A stretch of DNA of 38,723 nt. It comes from Rickettsiales bacterium. Lineage in GTDB: Bacteria; Pseudomonadota; Alphaproteobacteria; Rickettsiales; Deianiraeaceae. A program made the translations under genes and the position numbers. Each line of letters starts with the position of its first letter. Position 1 is the stretch's first letter. This document shows, in pieces, positions 35,440-38,723 of the stretch. The stretch spans positions 1 to 38,723 of the forward strand of contig CANDYN010000001.1 of NCBI GenBank assembly GCA_947424985.1. Direction: 5' to 3'. The notes under the pieces were generated by a model. The model was not told where the DNA came from and did not search any database. It worked only from the letters and a program-made list of their open reading frames with translations.

Positions 35440-35467
35440 TTGACTATTAAAAAATATAAGTTAGTAG
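35440..35467 (+). promoter_or_regulatory. candidate promoter upstream of rpmJ (TTGACTaTTAAAAAATAT motif)
   Basis: TTGACTATTAAAAAATATAAGTTAGTAG lies about 25 nt upstream of the rpmJ ATG. Confidence 0.3.
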
Positions 35468-35489
35468 ATCCTATCAAGTTGAACAAAAT

Positions 35490-35615
35490 ATGAAAGTTAA
35501 AAATTCACTAAAAACTTTGAAAAATAGATCTGCAGATTGTAAAATAGTAAAAAGAAAAGGCAGATTGTATGTAATAAACAAGAAAAACCCTAGATTTAAA
35601 GCAAGACAAGGGTAA
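35490..35615 (+). CDS. rpmJ: 50S ribosomal protein L36
   Basis: Hand translation gives [41 protein letters not shown]. This 41-aa product fits the non-zinc L36 type common in alphaproteobacteria. It is absent from the track because it is under 60 aa. Confidence 0.9.
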   Translation: MKVKNSLKTLKNRSADCKIVKRKGRLYVINKKNPRFKARQG

Positions 35616-35627
35616 TTTGCATTACCC
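35610..35627. terminator. hairpin spanning the convergent rpmJ and rsmE stop codons (possible bidirectional terminator)
   Basis: GGGTAAT-ttgc-ATTACCC is a 7-bp stem with a 4-nt loop. There is no strong T-run on either side. Confidence 0.25.
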
Positions 35628-36335
35628 CTTTATCGAATTAAGCAAAGTCAGCATTGCGCTTGTTGCATTTTCTGCTCTCAAGATTCTGTCACATATTTTT
35701 ATACCAATCGAGCTCATATCAGCTAAAAATTCACGTTCTTTTTCATCAAACCCCCCCTCCGGGCCTATAATTCCTATCAATTTTTTACCCCGAAATTCTG
35801 ATAATATTGGAATGAAGTCAGATATTTTTTTTGCATTTTCCGATAAATCTCCAAAAAAAATAATTGAATCTTTATCCACAAATTCTGAAATTTTTTCAAG
35901 CTTTAAAATCTCACAAAATTTTGGCATGACAAGTCCTCCACTCTGTTGCAATGCGGACTTTGCAACGGCTTTCATTCGCTCATAGTTAAAATCCTTTACG
36001 TAGCAATTTTGAGAGATGATAGGCGTAATGCTTTTTACAGAAAACTGCGTTGCAATATCAATAATTTCAGCCATTTTATCTCCCTTTACGATACATTGAA
36101 ATAAATGTATTTCGGGTAAAATTTCTCCAATTCTAATCACCCTTTCAACTGCCACTGTGCATATTTTTTTTTCAAGCTCTGAAATATTTACCAAAAGCTC
36201 TATTTCTTCATTAAAAATTGATATCTGCGATCCAATTTTAACACGCATTACATTTTTTAAATAATGAAAATCTTCCCCAGAAATTGAAATTTTCTTTGCA
36301 TTTTTATCAATGCTATCTAAAAAAATTCTTGTCAT
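35622..36335 (-). CDS. rsmE: 16S rRNA (uracil1498-N3)-methyltransferase RsmE
   Basis: The N-terminus MTRIFLDS...GEDFHYLKNVMRVKIG is a PUA-like start. The C-terminal SPOUT block is IIGPEGGFDEKEREFL...GIKICDRILRAENA. The ATG at 36333..36335 forms an ATGA overlap with the upstream permease stop. Confidence 0.85.
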   Translation of the reverse strand: MTRIFLDSIDKNAKKISISGEDFHYLKNVMRVKIGSQISIFNEEIELLVNISELEKKICTVAVERVIRIGEILPEIHLFQCIVKGDKMAEIIDIATQFSVKSITPIISQNCYVKDFNYERMKAVAKSALQQSGGLVMPKFCEILKLEKISEFVDKDSIIFFGDLSENAKKISDFIPILSEFRGKKLIGIIGPEGGFDEKEREFLADMSSIGIKICDRILRAENATSAMLTLLNSIKG

Positions 36336-37420
36336 AATCTTTTCATATATTGATAAAAACCAAATAAAATACAAACCGGAAGCAGATAGAGGATATATTC
36401 ACCTAAATATAATTGCTGTTTTATTAAAATATTTGACAAAATATGAGCACATACTATGAAAAAACCTGCAAAAATTATCGATAATACTTTATGTTTTAAA
36501 TTTTTTCCACGACTAGTTTTAATTTCACTGAGGCCAAAAATAATAGCCATTGATGCAAAAATCGCATAATAAAGAACTGAAAATCTTTTATGTATTTCAA
36601 AATAATATTCAGATCTGCCTGAACTTGCAATTAACTTCCAAAGATTCATTTCTCTTGGATGTATATAGAACTGACTTTCTTCTGTTTTTGTAAGCAAGGT
36701 ATTCATCTGAAGTCGCATTTCTCGTGCAGTATTAACATTCGATTCAATTTGCTCTGCTTCGTTTTTTGGAATTTTTATATCAGAAATTTCAACAAAATTC
36801 ATCACAACCCATGACCCATCTAGAGCGTTTTCTTCAATATATGCACTTTTAGCGTAAATTGAATAAAACTTGGTAAAATCATCCTCTTCTGATGTTTTTA
36901 ATATGACAAAATTTAACATTTTATTATCCTGCAAATCCTGGTAATATATTCCAAGGTTTTTAAAACTTACAACTTCACCCGCTTTTAAAATTGATAAAAT
37001 ATAACTATCTCTTATGTTTGCAATGCCCTTTTCAAATGTTTTATTTGCGGACGGAGTTACAAAAAAAGCGATAATAAAAAATAATAAAAAGTTAATTAAA
37101 ATAGTAATAAATGCTGGTTTTAAAATTTTAAATTGTGAAAATCCCGAAGCCTTCATTGCAACGAGTTCACTGGTAATTAAAAATGAATTATAAACCGAAT
37201 ATAAAACTATAACGCAAATAATTCCACTTGCTGCATACAATGAATTCGGTAAAAGTAATAGCCCAAATTTTACAATGTAATTAAATTTTATAGCACTTGC
37301 GGGAATATATTTTAGAAGTTTAATTGTTTGGGCAATAAACAAAAGTCCGATAATGCACATATATATCGTAAGATATGTGTATAGTATTTTTTGCGATATA
37401 TATTTTGATATTTTATCCAT
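36332..37420 (-). CDS. LptF/LptG-family LPS export permease
   Basis: Has the YjgP/YjgQ-type architecture: three N-terminal TM helices, a soluble beta-jellyroll-like middle, and three C-terminal TM helices. ILYTYLTIYMCIIGLLFIAQTIKLLKYI is the typical start. The track start at 37429 is a TTG. The ATG is at 37418..37420. Confidence 0.75.
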   Translation of the reverse strand: MDKISKYISQKILYTYLTIYMCIIGLLFIAQTIKLLKYIPASAIKFNYIVKFGLLLLPNSLYAASGIICVIVLYSVYNSFLITSELVAMKASGFSQFKILKPAFITILINFLLFFIIAFFVTPSANKTFEKGIANIRDSYILSILKAGEVVSFKNLGIYYQDLQDNKMLNFVILKTSEEDDFTKFYSIYAKSAYIEENALDGSWVVMNFVEISDIKIPKNEAEQIESNVNTAREMRLQMNTLLTKTEESQFYIHPREMNLWKLIASSGRSEYYFEIHKRFSVLYYAIFASMAIIFGLSEIKTSRGKNLKHKVLSIIFAGFFIVCAHILSNILIKQQLYLGEYILYLLPVCILFGFYQYMKRL

Positions 37421-37422
37421 AT

Positions 37423-38127
37423 TTACCAAGCTTCGCTTTTTATACTTTTTAAAACCTCTTCATGTTTTAATATTTCATCCGGCAACACCTTAAAATCACG
37501 TTGCATTAAAACTGCCTCTCTTTTTTTTATAGTCAGCTCCTGTTTTTTTTCATCCAAAATCTCGTAAATATTCGCTCCATCATGCCTTAATGCATTAAAA
37601 ACCTTTGCAAGAATCTTACTATCAATCAAGGCTCCGTGTCCAGATTGTCTTTCCGATAAATCAACTGAATATTTCTCAGCAACCGAATCAAGACTAAGCC
37701 TCGCTCCCGGGGTATGATTTCTTATTAAATCAATTGTATCAATCACCTGAAAATCTTTTAAATCAATTCCCATAGCCTCTTGAAGCTGAAAATTCAGGAA
37801 AGAGAGGTCGAATTTTGCATTATGTATTACCAAAATTGCTCTATCCTCTTCTCCTTTTACATTTTTTTCCAAAAATTCCATAATCTTTGGTGCAATTTCA
37901 GAAAAATCCGGCTTTCCTTCAAGCATTTCATCGCTAATATTCGATATTTTCTTAACAATATCCGAAAGTTTTTCATTTGCCTTTAAATAACTCTGAAACT
38001 CCCTTCCTGTAACCTCGCTATCAAACATTTCAACCATTCCTATTTCAATAATTCTAGCTCCAAGAAAAACCCGCAACCCCGTGGTTTCCGTATCAAGACA
38101 CACAAATCTTTTTGGCTTATCGTTCAT
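37423..38127 (-). CDS. dnaQ: DNA polymerase III epsilon subunit (3'-5' exonuclease)
   Basis: Exo I is FVCLDTETTGL, Exo II is VIHNAKFDLSFLN and Exo III is HGALIDSKILAKVF. The start was chosen at MNDKPKRF (38125..38127). ATGs at 38148 and 38160 are alternatives. The rest of the track ORF would run into the rpe start region. Confidence 0.9.
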   Translation of the reverse strand: MNDKPKRFVCLDTETTGLRVFLGARIIEIGMVEMFDSEVTGREFQSYLKANEKLSDIVKKISNISDEMLEGKPDFSEIAPKIMEFLEKNVKGEEDRAILVIHNAKFDLSFLNFQLQEAMGIDLKDFQVIDTIDLIRNHTPGARLSLDSVAEKYSVDLSERQSGHGALIDSKILAKVFNALRHDGANIYEILDEKKQELTIKKREAVLMQRDFKVLPDEILKHEEVLKSIKSEAW

Positions 38128-38142
38128 TTTTAAAAAAGTCTC

Positions 38143-38170
38143 TTGCATATAAGAAATCATAAAATATATT
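38143..38170 (+). promoter_or_regulatory. candidate sigma-70 promoter for rpe
   Basis: TTGCAT-N16-TATATT lies 20 nt upstream of the rpe ATG. Such matches are common by chance in AT-rich DNA. Confidence 0.25.
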
Positions 38171-38190
38171 TTGTCAAATGTTTTTTTAGC

Positions 38191-38723
38191 ATGATAAAAA
38201 TTTCTGCATCGATTCTTTCTGCTAATTTTGCAAACCTTGAGCAAGAAATTAAAAAAGTTGAACAAGCTGGAGCCGACTTCATACATATCGACGTTATGGA
38301 CGGAAATTTTGTTGATAATATCACGATCGGCGCACCGGTTATTACTTCAATTCGAAAAACTACAAATATGATATTTGATGTCCACTTAATGATAAATCGT
38401 CCTGAATTTTTCATAGAAAGTTTCGCAAAAGCCGGAGCTGATATAATTACAATTCACCAAGAAGCAACGCAAGATTTACGATCTTTGTTACTTGAAATTA
38501 AAAAATTTGGAATAAAATGTGGCGTATCTCTTCGCCCAAAAACACCGATTGAATCCATCCTTCCCTGCCTTGATATCTTGGATTTAATATTAATAATGAC
38601 AGTTGAACCTGGGTTTTCAGGGCAAGGTTTTATGCATAGCCAGTTAGAGAAAATAAAACAAGCACGCAATTTAATTTACAAATCAAAACGGGAAATTTTT
38701 CTTGAAGTTGATGGTGGAATTAA
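38191..38723 (+). CDS. rpe: ribulose-phosphate 3-epimerase (3' end outside the window)
   Basis: Hand translation is open to the window end. It reads MIKISASILSANFANLEQEIKKVEQAGADFIHIDVMDGNFVDNITIGAPV...DVHLMI...ITIHQE...LIMTVEPGFSGQGFM...LEVDGGI, which are the canonical Rpe motifs. It is missing from the track because no stop lies in the window. Confidence 0.9.
   Translation, partial: MIKISASILSANFANLEQEIKKVEQAGADFIHIDVMDGNFVDNITIGAPVITSIRKTTNMIFDVHLMINRPEFFIESFAKAGADIITIHQEATQDLRSLLLEIKKFGIKCGVSLRPKTPIESILPCLDILDLILIMTVEPGFSGQGFMHSQLEKIKQARNLIYKSKREIFLEVDGGI

Noticed and set aside
38128-38286. N-terminal 53-codon extension of the dnaQ track ORF
   Set aside because: The extension would overlap the divergent rpe start and its promoter region, and it has no DnaQ homology. 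Exo I (FVCLDTETTG) follows 8 residues after the internal Met at 38127.
38157-38669. Two minus-strand track ORFs (85 and 71 aa) at the right end
   Set aside because: The plus strand here encodes an unmistakable ribulose-phosphate 3-epimerase that is open to the window end. The minus-strand ORFs are its antisense shadows.
1-38723. Search for CRISPR arrays, IS/transposase genes, integrases, prophage genes, toxin-antitoxin pairs, restriction-modification or other known defence genes, and rRNA genes
   Set aside because: None seen. Every ORF over 60 aa is either assignable to housekeeping, T4SS or envelope functions, or is an antisense artefact. The only repeats are the short ones listed above.

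Overview
AT-rich (about one-third G+C by eye), very gene-dense chromosomal segment with about 38 protein genes, one tRNA, short spacers and several overlapping stop/start codons. It looks like a reduced alphaproteobacterial, Rickettsiales-like endosymbiont genome. That placement is an inference from the giant rvh-type VirB6-like protein, VirB9 and VirD4, an RpoH-type sigma factor and the overall gene content. The conserved core is rplK-rplA-rplJ-rplL-rpoB-rpoC on the minus strand, but rpoH sits where secE-nusG normally lie, and an adenylate-kinase-like gene with a signal peptide follows rpoC. Other housekeeping genes are gltA, tyrS, glmU, bamD-like, rfbD, tmk, rpsD-rpsP-rpsJ plus an orphan sdhD, fabH, htpG, yggU-like, recO, rsmE, an lptF/G-family permease, dnaQ and partial rpe. 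tRNA-Ile(GAU), rpmJ and rpe are absent from the ORF track. The accessory-looking content is scattered type IV secretion genes: a solitary virB9, and an OMP / 1209-aa VirB6-like / virD4 block. There are also two long, divergent, mutually paralogous type IV pilin-like proteins flanking fabH, two tandem small cationic secreted proteins, and one orphan secreted protein. I saw no CRISPR array, IS element, prophage or rRNA gene. Most starts were refined by reading the start codon by hand, because several track ORFs begin at upstream TTG/GTG codons. All function calls rest on motif recognition by eye, not on database searches.
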